DNA of 64,000 nucleotides from Escherichia coli (GTDB lineage Bacteria; Pseudomonadota; Gammaproteobacteria; Enterobacterales; Enterobacteriaceae): NCBI RefSeq assembly GCF_016903815.1, contig NZ_CP069973.1; one strand, 5' to 3'. Shown piece by piece: positions 1 to 10,484 of this stretch (position 1 is its first letter; each line of letters starts with the position of its first letter). The notes under the pieces were generated by a model. It saw only the letters and a program-made list of their open reading frames with translations, ran no database searches and was not told where the DNA came from. The position numbers and the translations under genes were made by a program.

Positions 1-80
1 GAAAACAGGTCAGACCAGATTGAAGCAATTTAGATAATCGTGCAGACTACGCCCCCTCATATCACATGGAAGGTTTATCT

Positions 81-491
81 ATGGATCAGGTAGTCATTTT
101 TAAACAAATATTTGATAAAGTTCGAAACGATTTAAACTATCAATGGTTTTATTCTGAGCTAAAACGTCACAATGTCTCACATTACATTTACTATTTAGCC
201 ACAGAGAATGTTCATATTGTATTAAAAAATGATAATACAGTGTTATTAAAGGGCCTAAAAAACATTGTGTCTGTCAAATTTTCAAAGGATAGGCATCTTA
301 TAGAAACGACCTCTAATAAGCTGAAATCCAGAGAGATCACATTTCAGGAATACAGAAGAAACCTTGCTAAAGCAGGAGTTTTTCGGTGGGTTACAAATAT
401 CCACGAACAAAAAAGATATTACTATACCTTTGATAATTCATTACTATTTACTGAAAGCATCCAGAAAACTACACAGATCTTACCACGCTAA
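81..491 (+). CDS. ydfO: DUF1398-family prophage protein (YdfO-like)
   Basis: ORF 66..491; second ATG at 81 has GGAAGG about 10 nt upstream; sequence recalled as Qin YdfO. Confidence 0.65.
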
Positions 492-642
492 ACCATAACG
501 TCCGGCTTCTCTCACTCCTGAGCCGGACTGCATTGGTTTAATAAAAACCATCAACAATTGTGATTTAGATATTCGGAACCATTCAAATATAACAAAACCC
601 CGTAAAAACGAGGTTTATGGATAAATTTTATTATTGAATACA

Positions 643-816
643 TCAGATTAAATTAATCTTGACATCATAGCTTTCAAGACCCGTCATTTTTTCCCGTGCG
701 GTAAACTGAATACTGGTAACTTCTTTCCCGGTCTTTTTCTTAAGTTCAATAATTTTTTTTGTTATATATTCAGAAATATCTGCTTCTGCTTTTGTTTTTA
801 AGTTTTCAATATTCAT
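643..816 (-). CDS. gnsB: GnsB-like small protein (57 aa)
   Basis: Hand translation of minus strand gives MNIENLKTKAEADISEYITKKIIELKKKTGKEVTSIQFTAREKMTGLESYDVKINLI; below the 60-aa ORF-track cutoff. Confidence 0.7.
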   Translation of the reverse strand: MNIENLKTKAEADISEYITKKIIELKKKTGKEVTSIQFTAREKMTGLESYDVKINLI

Positions 817-987
817 CATTTCCTCTTTTAGTCTGTTATGACTTTCCAGTTACACAGTAAGTCGATTATATGGTGCAAACGTGTAAAAGATAAGATGAAA
901 CATCGCAATAATCAACATACGATAGTCTAAATTTTACACAAACAGACAAAGAGAATTTTCCTGAATTATCAATGCAATAGCATCAAA

Positions 988-1143
988 TCAACTCAAGAGC
1001 CTTATTGCTGCTTCCAGAATTTCTTCTGAAGTAACATGTCGATCCGCGGCTACATAAATGACTTTATGATCTCCGGTCAGAGATGGAAACCCTGCGGCCA
1101 TTACAGTAAGGTGTGTTTTTTCGCCATTTGGATATTCACGCAT
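988..1143 (-). CDS. ynfN: Small prophage protein, 51 aa (YnfN-like by position and length)
   Basis: Internal ATG of ORF 988..1260 with GGAG about 11 nt upstream; lies between gnsB and cspI. Identity not verified. Confidence 0.4.
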   Translation of the reverse strand: MREYPNGEKTHLTVMAAGFPSLTGDHKVIYVAADRHVTSEEILEAAIRLLS

Positions 1144-1261
1144 GATGGTGTTAACTCCAGTCATCGCTGGCACTACCACTGCTGGTTCAGAGTTAAAAAA
1201 AACTATGATTTTTTTCATGATGTTACCGTAGTATGTGAGTATCCATCGAATAGACACCAAG

Positions 1262-1283
1262 CAAAAAAGCTCCCGAAGGAGCC
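1262..1283 (-). terminator. Rho-independent terminator (minus strand)
   Basis: Hairpin GGCTCC-TTCG-GGAGC followed by a U6 tract in minus-strand sense, downstream of cspI. Confidence 0.5.
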
Positions 1284-1489
1284 TTCATTTTCACTTTTTT
1301 AAATCCAACGACAGACGGCTGGCATTTAAGTATTGTGAAATATTATCAAATGTAATCATCATTGATTTACAAAAGATACATTTTGCCCCGAAAGGATTCA
1401 TGTCAGAAACATCAAAAGATGATGTTCTATACTGGGAACCATGACAACACGGGCATCTAAAGTGAATATGGTTTGTAATATTGTCTACC

Positions 1490-1702
1490 TCAAAGCGCCA
1501 CTACATGAACAGCGGCAGGACCTTTAGGTCCGTTCTCAATACCAAATTCAACTTCCTGATTCTCAGTTAATGTTTTGAAATCGTTGCTCTGAATTGCTGA
1601 GAAATGGACAAACACATCTTTGCTGCCATCTTTCGGCGTGATGAAACCAAAACCTTTTTCAGGGTTAAACCATTTCACTAAACCAGTCATTTTGTTAGAC
1701 AT
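1490..1702 (-). CDS. cspI: Cold shock protein CspI
   Basis: 70-aa [41 protein letters not shown]..., CspA-family cold-shock domain. Confidence 0.9.
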   Translation of the reverse strand: MSNKMTGLVKWFNPEKGFGFITPKDGSKDVFVHFSAIQSNDFKTLTENQEVEFGIENGPKGPAAVHVVAL

Positions 1703-2064
1703 AATTATTACCTTTTGAAGAAATTAGCCCTTGGGCAGAATGGTCCGAAAAAAAATATCAGAGAGAAAAACCAACAAGGAAATCTCAAGAGGTACAAATA
1801 ATAAAATTATAACAATGACTGCTTCAGATAAATTTGTAACAAACCAGAACACCATTAACGCATGATTAACCACCCATAGCAAGGATTACTTTTGTAAAGA
1901 AAAACACAGCAATGAAAGAATAGCTTTATTTATTAATAAAACGTGTCATTCTGATTAAGACCTTTTATCTTACCCTTAAGATTTCAGGAATTTTGGCTCA
2001 TGGAAGAGTCCTTTTTATTTAAATTTTACATTCCGCGATGTAAATGTTCCGATTTAATATTACC

Positions 2065-3088
<1,024 letters not shown>

Positions 3089-3092
<4 letters not shown>

Positions 3093-3400
3093 AGATATTT
3101 ATGATGAGGACGCTCGTGCTTATTGGCAGGATTTTCAATCTTAAAGGAGTACTGATGCTGCAGATAAGACTCAACTTTTTCTGACAATTTTTCTGCTACT
3201 TCCAGGAAGACTTGCCGGACGCTCCTTCTGGCTGCTGCCTCATAAAACTCCAGCGCAGCTCCTTCAACACGGTCCATGGCGACATCCAGGTCAAAAATTT
3301 CACCGTCAAAGCGTTCTTTGTCCTGTAAGGCTACAGTTACCGTAACTTTATTCTCAAAATTACGGACTCCTTTCACAACCAGTTCATAGTCTTGAGTCAT
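3089..3400 (-). CDS. ydfR: Hypothetical lysis-cassette protein (YdfR-like, 103 aa)
   Basis: ORF between holin and endolysin, overlapping the endolysin start by 4 nt. Confidence 0.55.
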
Positions 3401-3404
3401 TGGA

Positions 3405-3620
3405 TTACTCTCCTCTCGCAGCCTTACGCCTGTCTTCTTTAATCTTGAAATAAAGATTTGTCAGATACGTCAGCAGGCCAAAAACCAGGCTACCCAGCAC
3501 ACCGATTGCAGCCCACTGTGACGGAGTTACTTTATCGAGTAACTGCAATGCCCAGAAACCAGCATTACCCGCCGATGTGCCATAGGCAACACCTGTTGTT
3601 AACTTATCCATTGATTTCAT
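3405..3620 (-). CDS. essQ: Class II holin (phage 21 S-like pinholin)
   Basis: Resembles S21 (…[15 protein letters not shown]…[12 protein letters not shown]…[20 protein letters not shown]); dual-start motif MKSMDK (ATGs at 3620 and 3611). Confidence 0.8.
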   Translation of the reverse strand: MKSMDKLTTGVAYGTSAGNAGFWALQLLDKVTPSQWAAIGVLGSLVFGLLTYLTNLYFKIKEDRRKAARGE

Positions 3621-3839
3621 ATCCTCACCCCGATGTACACGGATGGTGCAATATGTTTGAAAAGATCGGAGTCTACGGGGTAGTTTTGACAGCACACGTT
3701 GTTCTCAACGGCGCTAAAAAAACATACACATTAAAAATGTGGGTAATTATTTTGAAAGAAAGTCATATATAAAATAATAATACGAGAAATGTTTTCATAT
3801 TTAGTGTACTGTATACGGCCATTTATACAGGAAAAGCCT

Positions 3840-4010
3840 ATGTCAGAACGTAAAAACTCAAAATCACGCCGTAATTATCTCGTTAAATGTTCCTGCCCAA
3901 ACTGCACCCAAGAGTCAGAACACAGTTTTTCAAGAGTACAAAAAGGTGCCCTTTTGATCTGCCCTCATTGCAACAAAGTATTCCAGACAAATCTTAAAGC
4001 TGTAGCCTGA
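3840..4010 (+). CDS. Small zinc-ribbon-like protein (56 aa, CxxC…CxxC)
   Basis: Internal ATG of ORF 3789..4010 with AGGAAAAG upstream; followed by the terminator at 4077-4100. Confidence 0.35.
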   Translation: MSERKNSKSRRNYLVKCSCPNCTQESEHSFSRVQKGALLICPHCNKVFQTNLKAVA

Positions 4011-4076
4011 TTGATTTTATTAGTAACAAGTATTTTTTATATTTTAATAATATATTTAAAGCAGATAAATAAATAT

Positions 4077-4100
4077 CCTCCGGCATAGCCGGAGGTTTTT
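4077..4100 (+). terminator. Rho-independent terminator
   Basis: 8-bp perfect stem CCTCCGGC-ATA-GCCGGAGG followed by TTTTT. Confidence 0.65.
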
Positions 4101-4810
4101 CAAATGCGCCTATAAGGCTCTCTTACCAGCCGCGCCCTAACAGGCGCACACGATCTGACATTTGCATCCAACTTCGTTACTTACGGCCCGTAAACGGGCT
4201 GCCCGGATAGGGAATCGATAACTGCTCTCCCATTTTATCCTCTTCAAGCTGGTGCTTTATGTAATCCTGTATCTTCGCCGTGTTCTTACCCACTGTATCG
4301 ACGTAGTACCCTCTGCACCAGAACTCCCTGTTCCTGTATTTGAATTTCAAATCACCAAACTGCTCGTAAAGCATCAGACTGCTTTTCCCTTTCAGATATC
4401 CCATAAACCCGGATACGCTCATTTTGGGCGGGATCTCCACAAGCATATGGATATGATCTGCACAGCATTCAGCTTCCAGAATCCGTACGCTTTTCCACTC
4501 ACACAGCTTTCTCAAAATACTGCCTATTGCTCTACGCTTCTCTCTGTAGAACACCTGTCTTCGGTATTTTGGCGCAAAAACTATGTGATATTTACAGTTC
4601 CATCGGGTGTGCGCTAAGCTCTTTTCGTTCCCCATTGGGACCCCCTTTTGATTTCTTGTTTGACACTTGCAGTTGCCAGACCGCAAGGTGTTTTAACAAA
4701 TCAAAAGGGGTTTTAATAACTGGCTCAAAGCTGAAAGCTTTCCGGAACCCCCAGCCTAGCTGGGGGTTTTCTGTGCACAATAAAAAACCCGCCTGAGCGG
4801 GTTTGAGATT
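4100..4810 (-). mobile_element. IS200 (IS200/IS605 family) insertion, about 0.7 kb
   Basis: IS200 TnpA ORF plus two hairpins upstream of it: GGGGGTTCCGG-like stem-loop at 4748-4766 and terminator hairpin with U-tract at 4785-4805. Ends estimated to within about 10 bp. Confidence 0.75.
4177..4635 (-). CDS. tnpA: IS200 transposase TnpA (HUH Y1 type)
   Basis: MGNEKSLAHTRWNCKYHIVFAPKYRRQVFY… with HxH motif (ADHIHMLVEIPP) and catalytic-Tyr region (YIKHQ). Confidence 0.9.
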   Translation of the reverse strand: MGNEKSLAHTRWNCKYHIVFAPKYRRQVFYREKRRAIGSILRKLCEWKSVRILEAECCADHIHMLVEIPPKMSVSGFMGYLKGKSSLMLYEQFGDLKFKYRNREFWCRGYYVDTVGKNTAKIQDYIKHQLEEDKMGEQLSIPYPGSPFTGRK

Positions 4811-5085
4811 GTGGTGCTTTTTGTGGGAGTCATCCACTTACGCACTTTGTTTTGCCATGCCAGCAGTTAGCTTCTGCTGTAAAACTATTCATGCAGCAAA
4901 CCTGCACTTCACCACAATGGTTAGCATACTTTTCCTGATTAAGATTTTGCCAAATATGCTAGCCATTGTTTCATGTATTGGACCTCCTTACTTTTTATTA
5001 AAGAGATCCAATATTCACTACTCTGTCCGTATCTCTACTCAGGCATCAGCCTTCTTCGTTATCGTATACAGACGAGCGATGAATT

Positions 5086-5301
5086 TTAATCAGTAATGAT
5101 GACATTTGCTGCTGCAGGACCTTTAGCACCACTCTCTATAGAGAAGGTAACCTTTTGACCTTCAAATAAGGTTCGATAATTATCATTCTGAATCGCAGAA
5201 AAATGCACAAACACATCTTTACTACCATCAACAGGAGAAATAAAGCCGAAACCTTTATCAGCGTTAAACCATTTTACTAAACCAGTCATTTTATTTGACA
5301 T
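5086..5301 (-). CDS. cspB: Cold shock protein CspB
   Basis: 71-aa [54 protein letters not shown]…. Confidence 0.9.
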   Translation of the reverse strand: MSNKMTGLVKWFNADKGFGFISPVDGSKDVFVHFSAIQNDNYRTLFEGQKVTFSIESGAKGPAAANVIITD

Positions 5302-5601
5302 TCTACATTCCTTAACTTGAGCCTTTCGGCATAAATGGTTTGCATAACAGAAACGACTTCGTACTTAATTGGAGAGACTCAAAGAAGGAATAAGTGAATA
5401 ACACCTGAAATGAGAACTGCTTTAGTAAACTACTTCGTATATCGTCTGTTCTTCAAACCGACGCAATCATTAACGCATAGTTGAACATATGAAGCAATGT
5501 TTATTTTAGACATCCAGCCATCTTCAACCCCATCAAAAAACTATAGCTTTCTTCAGGAACGTGTGTATAGTGCGCCAAGTTATCAGTATTAAGGAATTTT
5601 T

Positions 5602-5814
5602 TTGTCCCGTAAAATGACAGGAATTGTCAAAACCTTTGACGGCAAAAGCGGCAAGGGTCTTATCACCCCATCCGATGGTCGTATCGATGTCCAGCTTCAT
5701 GTTTCAGCGCTCAATCTCCGCGATGCAGAAGAAATTACCACCGGATTACGCGTGGAATTTTGCCGGATAAATGGTCTGCGTGGCCCTTCAGCTGCCAATG
5801 TTTACCTTTCATGA
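5602..5814 (+). CDS. cspF: CspF/CspH-type cold-shock-domain protein
   Basis: 70-aa [30 protein letters not shown]…[16 protein letters not shown]. Confidence 0.75.
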
Positions 5815-6108
5815 GCTATATTAAAGCTTTAATTTCAGGCCCCATCGGATCACACATGGAGAGTTTTTATGAATAACCCCGTCTGTCTTGATGACTGGTT
5901 GATTGGCTTTAAAAGCTTATGCTGTACTTTGGCCGTAATAGCTCTGCTAATAATATAATAAGCAGACTCATTGTGTTTAGGGACATTGTACTGGAAGAAA
6001 ACATTTTAAACATCAGGCAAATAACCAAGTCACCAGCTAAATAATAAGTTAACAGACATGAGTCCCGGGATGAGATTCAACATTACCATTGCCCCATTTA
6101 AAGCACAA

Positions 6109-6130
6109 AACCCGCTCATCAGCGGGTTTT
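6109..6130. terminator. Hairpin terminator, candidate tR' (minus sense) and possibly a plus-strand terminator
   Basis: ACCCGC-TCATCA-GCGGGT stem-loop with T-rich tracts on both sides. Confidence 0.5.
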
Positions 6131-6169
6131 CTACTTTTTCTTAACGTCGGGTATACAAAGCCCATCGTT

Positions 6170-6205
6170 GAAAAAATTTTATCCATATTTTTTGAAAAAT
6201 GCAAA
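6170..6205 (-). promoter_or_regulatory. Sigma70 promoter candidate, pR'-like late promoter
   Basis: Minus strand: -35 TTGCAT (6199-6204), 17-bp spacer, -10 TAAAAT (6176-6181); about 30 bp downstream of the Q stop, followed by the 6109-6130 hairpin. Confidence 0.5.
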
Positions 6206-6235
6206 CATCATGTCGCCATCTTCAGCAAAAATCAT

Positions 6236-6988
6236 TTATCTCGTCACCTTCCTCAATTGCGCTTCCGCGTATGCTTCTTCCTGCCAGCACTTTGTTACCA
6301 GTTTACCAATGACGTCCGCATACCCCTTATACCACTGATAATCGGTCAGGTCTGGTACCAGCTTCTGGACATGACGTCGTGCCAGCGTGGTCGGTAAACG
6401 ACTAAACCGGTTTCCATTACAACGCCCACAAATCTTATATACCGGTACGCCATGAAACCGGGTTCTTTTTTCATCCAGAACAATCCCTTTACCCTTACAC
6501 CCTCTGCACGCTGTGCTGGCTTCGCCCTTACCATGGCAATGCTGACATAGTTCCTTCACCCATTCTTCCTTGATTACAGATTCCCCGCGTCTGTAGTGTT
6601 TCACCACTTCGCGCAATACATTATAAAATCCCGTACCTGAACAATGCTCACAGCGAGCCTTACTTGCCGCAGACCTGGAGTAATCAGCAAAGGCAAAACT
6701 CACGAGGTAAGGAATAATCTGTAACCGGATTTCTTCACTCAATTTGTTCAATGTCGGGTTATCCAGTGCCATCGCGTAATTTAGCAGGCCTTCAATCGCA
6801 AACTGAGGGTCCTGAACACCAACTTTTGCCAGAAATAAGGCCAACCCAAGTGGTGCTTTCGACTGCACCATCCCCTGCGCTGCCATTACATCCGTAATTG
6901 TTAAACAACCGGTGCCTGTCGCTGGAGCGTCATCGCTCAATTTTGGAGATTTTGGGGAGTAATATTTTGGTAAGGCTTCAAGGTTCAT
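6236..6988 (-). CDS. quuQ: Late-gene antiterminator Q (QuuQ-like)
   Basis: Start taken at MNLEALPKYYSPK… within ORF 6236..7018; Cys-rich zinc-binding segment (CEHCSGTG…CQHCHGKG…CRGCKGKG). Confidence 0.8.
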   Translation of the reverse strand: MNLEALPKYYSPKSPKLSDDAPATGTGCLTITDVMAAQGMVQSKAPLGLALFLAKVGVQDPQFAIEGLLNYAMALDNPTLNKLSEEIRLQIIPYLVSFAFADYSRSAASKARCEHCSGTGFYNVLREVVKHYRRGESVIKEEWVKELCQHCHGKGEASTACRGCKGKGIVLDEKRTRFHGVPVYKICGRCNGNRFSRLPTTLARRHVQKLVPDLTDYQWYKGYADVIGKLVTKCWQEEAYAEAQLRKVTR

Positions 6989-7001
6989 GCTCGTTCTCCA
7001 C

Positions 7002-8051
7002 TTACGCCAGTACGCCAATTGTCAGCGCGCGATCGATAAAACGAAATATCAGCTCCAGTTGGGAGCCATACTTATCTTCAAATGCCACTGTATCCGTATG
7101 CAGCTCGTTGTGATGCTTTCTGCACAAAGGCAACACAAAGAGATCATGTGCTTTTGTTCCCATTCCGCCCTGCCCGTGACCAATCAGATGATGCGGATCG
7201 TCGGCTGGCATACCGCAGCAAGCACACGGCTGTGTCTTAACCCAACGTGTGTATTTCTCCTTAACCCAGCGGCGACGTTTAGGCAGCTTCATGAAAGATT
7301 CCGGAGACTCTGGATCAACGGTGATGCTTACCACCGTCTTTTCCTGTGGTGATTTTTGTTGCTGGTGGGCGTAAGGCAACGGTGCAAGATTTTTTGTGCG
7401 TTGTTTCAATATGCTGGTGGCGGTCTGCTCTCCCGGTACGATGTCGCTTTCGCGGTACACCGAGCAGATTTTTTCCGCTGGTAATCCCAGCGAACGACGC
7501 GATACAGCCTCAGGTAGTGCATCCACCACCTGATTGCAGACCGCCCACCAGGATAATTCAGCCAAAGATAATTCCCGCTCCTGCGTACCGCTTATTGCGT
7601 GACGGATGACGTCAATCACCCATGCTGTCAGATTTTGTTGAGCAAGCAGCTCCAGTGATTCCGATGTCTGGTCACGCAGTTGGTTGTCGCAGTGCCAGCA
7701 CAACACCATTGCGCCGGTACCATAACGGTGAATGACTGTTTCAGTGTGATGGTAATCGCCATTAGGCCACTGGCAGGATGTAACATGACGTAATAGCCAG
7801 TCGGACAATGCGCCAACGCCGCCAGCAGCACGAATCACCCGTTCGTTACTAAAAAACGGCAGCAATGTTTTGTCTTCCGCCAGCGGCTGGCGAACGGCAG
7901 GAACGACTCCGGATGGCAGATTACGCATGCTTTTTGGTTCCGGTTCCACCAGCACTCGAGGATTATGAAATATCTGTATGGATTCACGGCCCGGCTTAAG
8001 GACCACCAGCCCAAGCTCAGGCACCAGAACAGGTCTAAGTAATACCCGCAC
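7002..8051 (-). CDS. ydfU: DUF968-type prophage protein YdfU (349 aa from GTG start)
   Basis: ORF 7002..8090; GTG at 8049-8051 is preceded by GGAGG; C-terminal CxxC…HH motif. Confidence 0.7.
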   Translation of the reverse strand: MRVLLRPVLVPELGLVVLKPGRESIQIFHNPRVLVEPEPKSMRNLPSGVVPAVRQPLAEDKTLLPFFSNERVIRAAGGVGALSDWLLRHVTSCQWPNGDYHHTETVIHRYGTGAMVLCWHCDNQLRDQTSESLELLAQQNLTAWVIDVIRHAISGTQERELSLAELSWWAVCNQVVDALPEAVSRRSLGLPAEKICSVYRESDIVPGEQTATSILKQRTKNLAPLPYAHQQQKSPQEKTVVSITVDPESPESFMKLPKRRRWVKEKYTRWVKTQPCACCGMPADDPHHLIGHGQGGMGTKAHDLFVLPLCRKHHNELHTDTVAFEDKYGSQLELIFRFIDRALTIGVLA

Positions 8052-8052
8052 G

Positions 8053-8331
8053 TTACCTCCAGATCCGTTGCTGGAAAGTGCGGGACGCACGTGGTGGGCG
8101 TTCGGAATAAGGCAGCCTGACAGAGATTATCCAGTGCCGATAGTCGAGACTGAGAGCTTTCTTAACCTCGAACCCGCGCCTGCGGTAAGAATGAATCAGC
8201 CATTCGGCCTGTTCTGCAGTGCATGGAGGGTGCTGGAACCATTCAGACTTGAATGCGTGAGAATACCGCCCGTGCGTGCAGGCAAGAACGGGCGAATTAT
8301 CAGAATTGTAATATTTTGCGTTGCGTGCCAT
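8053..8331 (-). CDS. Hypothetical prophage protein (92 aa)
   Basis: Stop codon lies 1 nt from the GTG start of ydfU, suggesting translational coupling; no recognisable motif. Confidence 0.4.
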   Translation of the reverse strand: MARNAKYYNSDNSPVLACTHGRYSHAFKSEWFQHPPCTAEQAEWLIHSYRRRGFEVKKALSLDYRHWIISVRLPYSERPPRASRTFQQRIWR

Positions 8332-8397
8332 CGGTTTTCTCCGGTGGCACGGTGTTACTCAGCGGGAGTTCAGCCCCGCGCAAGATTGTAGATGAGT

Positions 8398-8649
8398 TTA
8401 TTCTCCTGAAAAAGCAGAAAAGCCAGCTTTTATTCCGATCTCTTTCAATGCCTGTAATGAAGTGACAAACTCACCTTCGCGCAAGATAAATCCGTCCGTG
8501 ACCCGAGCATCCACAAAATTAATTAACGCAGCCCCATTCTTTCGCAAACACATAATGCGGTAATGACTAACAAGATTTCCATTTTCAACGCACACAGCAT
8601 AGAGGCCATCTTCACAAAAAATTTTACGCAGTTCTTCGATGTTCATCAT
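8398..8649 (-). CDS. Hypothetical prophage protein (83 aa; Rem-like by position and length)
   Basis: ORF between ydfU and hokD; identity unverified. Confidence 0.4.
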   Translation of the reverse strand: MMNIEELRKIFCEDGLYAVCVENGNLVSHYRIMCLRKNGAALINFVDARVTDGFILREGEFVTSLQALKEIGIKAGFSAFSGE

Positions 8650-8865
8650 CAGAATCCTTCCGGATAATTAGCTCTCCCCTTTAAGGGACCATCCCTCTTA
8701 TCCCTGCGCGCTACTTAAGTATTTTTGATTCTATTCCGGCACCGTCCAGAACTTCAAACGCGTTGAAAATAAAAACAAAAACCCGCCGAAGCGGGTTAAG
8801 TGCGGGTGCGTTGAGGATGCCTGCCACATCAGAGGTGGCGAGGGATTTCTCCCCCGCCGGGTCTC

Positions 8866-9021
8866 TTACTCCTCAGGTTCGTAAGCTGTGAAGACAGCGA
8901 CCTCCGTCTGGCCGGTTCGGATTCGTACCTCGCAGAGGTCTTTCCTCGTTACCAGTGCCGTCACTATGACGGTTAAACAGATGACGATCAGGGCGATTAA
9001 CATCGCCTTTTGCTGCTTCAT
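8866..9021 (-). CDS. hokD: Hok-family membrane toxin HokD (RelF), 51 aa
   Basis: Hand translation: MKQQKAMLIALIVICLTVIVTALVTRKDLCEVRIRTGQTEVAVFTAYEPEE; below the ORF-track cutoff. Confidence 0.85.
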   Translation of the reverse strand: MKQQKAMLIALIVICLTVIVTALVTRKDLCEVRIRTGQTEVAVFTAYEPEE

Positions 9022-9092
9022 AGCCTGCTTCTCCTGTCAACGCAAAGCAGAAGTGTCACCTTCGGTGCGAAACAGAGATGTCATGCTTTGGT

Positions 9093-9380
9093 TCAGAGAA
9101 TGCGTTTGACCGCCTCGCTATATACTTCCGAGCGTTCTCTTTTCCCAACAGAAATCACGAAAACGACAACTTTCTCGTCTATAACCTGGTATACAAGGCG
9201 ATAGCCTGAAGACCGGAGCTTAATCTTGTAACAATCAGGCATACCACGGAGCTTGTTTGCTTCAATCCGGGGTGACTCAAGTACTTCAACCAGCTTCTTT
9301 TTCAACTGTTCACGTACCGTCGAGCCCAGCTTTCGCCATTCCTTTAGTGCCCGCTCGTCAAAATCCAGAAAATACGCCAT
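9093..9380 (-). CDS. relE: RelE mRNA interferase toxin
   Basis: 95 aa MAYFLDFDERALKEWRKLGSTVREQLKKKL…. Confidence 0.9.
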   Translation of the reverse strand: MAYFLDFDERALKEWRKLGSTVREQLKKKLVEVLESPRIEANKLRGMPDCYKIKLRSSGYRLVYQVIDEKVVVFVISVGKRERSEVYSEAVKRIL

Positions 9381-9619
9381 CAGAGTTCATCCAGCGTCAC
9401 ACGTACTGGCTTAGGATTACGAAGCCGTTCTTTCACTATCTCCACAAGTTCAGCATCTTCATCACTCAGGAGTGTCTGTTTGAACGGCAAGCGTTCATTG
9501 TCAGCGATATACTCGAGCATGAGACGAAGCGCTTCAGAAGGAGTTACACCCATTTTTTCAAGCGCGGCGTAAGAACGCGCTTTAAGTTCATCGTCAATAC
9601 GCAGGTTAATGCTACCCAT
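9380..9619 (-). CDS. relB: RelB antitoxin
   Basis: 79 aa MGSINLRIDDELKARSYAALEKMGVTPSEALR…; 1-nt overlap with relE. Confidence 0.9.
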   Translation of the reverse strand: MGSINLRIDDELKARSYAALEKMGVTPSEALRLMLEYIADNERLPFKQTLLSDEDAELVEIVKERLRNPKPVRVTLDEL

Positions 9620-9643
9620 GTCTTACACCTCTTGTAATTACAA

Positions 9644-9949
9644 ATGTCATTACAAGTATCGCACTACAACATGCTTAGGGCAAGTCACGAAGGAAGTCAG
9701 AAAGTAGTCGTAAGAACGGTGATCACTGTCCGCTTTGTGCCAGGAGCAGCCATTGCTAAGTCCATCCTGTATTGTGCAGGTCAGCTCGTTTTTAAAGAGT
9801 CCGGCCATCATCTTACTGGTACAGACACCATATACTTTGTGACGGTCAGGCTACATATGCACAACTCAACTTATTCATCTATTTTTTGCTTTAGCATGTC
9901 AGTGTTGCTTTCTCGTCGGCGGGTGAGCGGTGACCTGACCTGTCGATAA
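9644..9949 (+). CDS. ydfV: Hypothetical protein (YdfV-like by position and length)
   Basis: 101-aa ORF between relB and flxA; no motif recognised. Confidence 0.4.
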   Translation: MSLQVSHYNMLRASHEGSQKVVVRTVITVRFVPGAAIAKSILYCAGQLVFKESGHHLTGTDTIYFVTVRLHMHNSTYSSIFCFSMSVLLSRRRVSGDLTCR

Positions 9950-10151
9950 AGGAACGTAACACGTTTTATGCAACACCCGCATGCGGCAGAAAATTATTGC
10001 CGAACGTTTACCCCTGTCAACAAGCTTTACTTTCTGAGGCGCGCCAGCCCGCGAGGAAAACAATCTGAACATCAAACAATTAATGACACAAGAAATACGA
10101 TTAAAGATTTTTTTGTGCATGCCGATAGTGCTTTTTTAAAAGGAGAAATCT

Positions 10152-10484
10152 ATGTCTGTCACAATTCAGGGAAATACCTCAACCGTTATTTCAAACAACT
10201 CCGCCCCGGAAGGAACATCAGAAATAGCCAAAATCACAAGACAAATTCAGGTGCTGACTGAAAAGCTTGGGAAAATCTCATCGGAAGAGGGGATGACGAC
10301 ACAGCAGAAAAAAGAAATGGCTGCATTGGTACAGAAGCAAATTGAAAGCCTCTGGGCTCAACTGGAGCAGTTGTTAAGGCAGCAGGCAGAGAAAAAGAAT
10401 GAAGACGCGACAGTTCAGCCTGATAAAAAAGAAGAGAAAAAAGACGATACAAATACCGCTGGCACCATTGATATTTACGTCTAA
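10152..10484 (+). CDS. flxA: FlxA-like protein
   Basis: 110 aa MSVTIQGNTSTVISNNSAPEGTSEIAKITRQIQVLTEKL…; hairpin GGCCC-TCATC-GGGCC just downstream. Confidence 0.8.
   Translation: MSVTIQGNTSTVISNNSAPEGTSEIAKITRQIQVLTEKLGKISSEEGMTTQQKKEMAALVQKQIESLWAQLEQLLRQQAEKKNEDATVQPDKKEEKKDDTNTAGTIDIYV

Noticed and set aside
1036-1444. Plus-strand ORFs 1036..1302 and 1235..1444
   Set aside because: They overlap the minus-strand ynfN-like gene and the cspI terminator hairpin and have no RBS.
4803-5096. 97-aa plus-strand ORF between IS200 and cspB
   Set aside because: No convincing RBS, low-complexity hydrophobic composition, and it overlaps the cspB 3' region; left unannotated.
8888-9204. Plus-strand ORFs (8888..9109, 9010..9204) opposite hokD and relE
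   Set aside because: Antisense shadows of well-supported genes.
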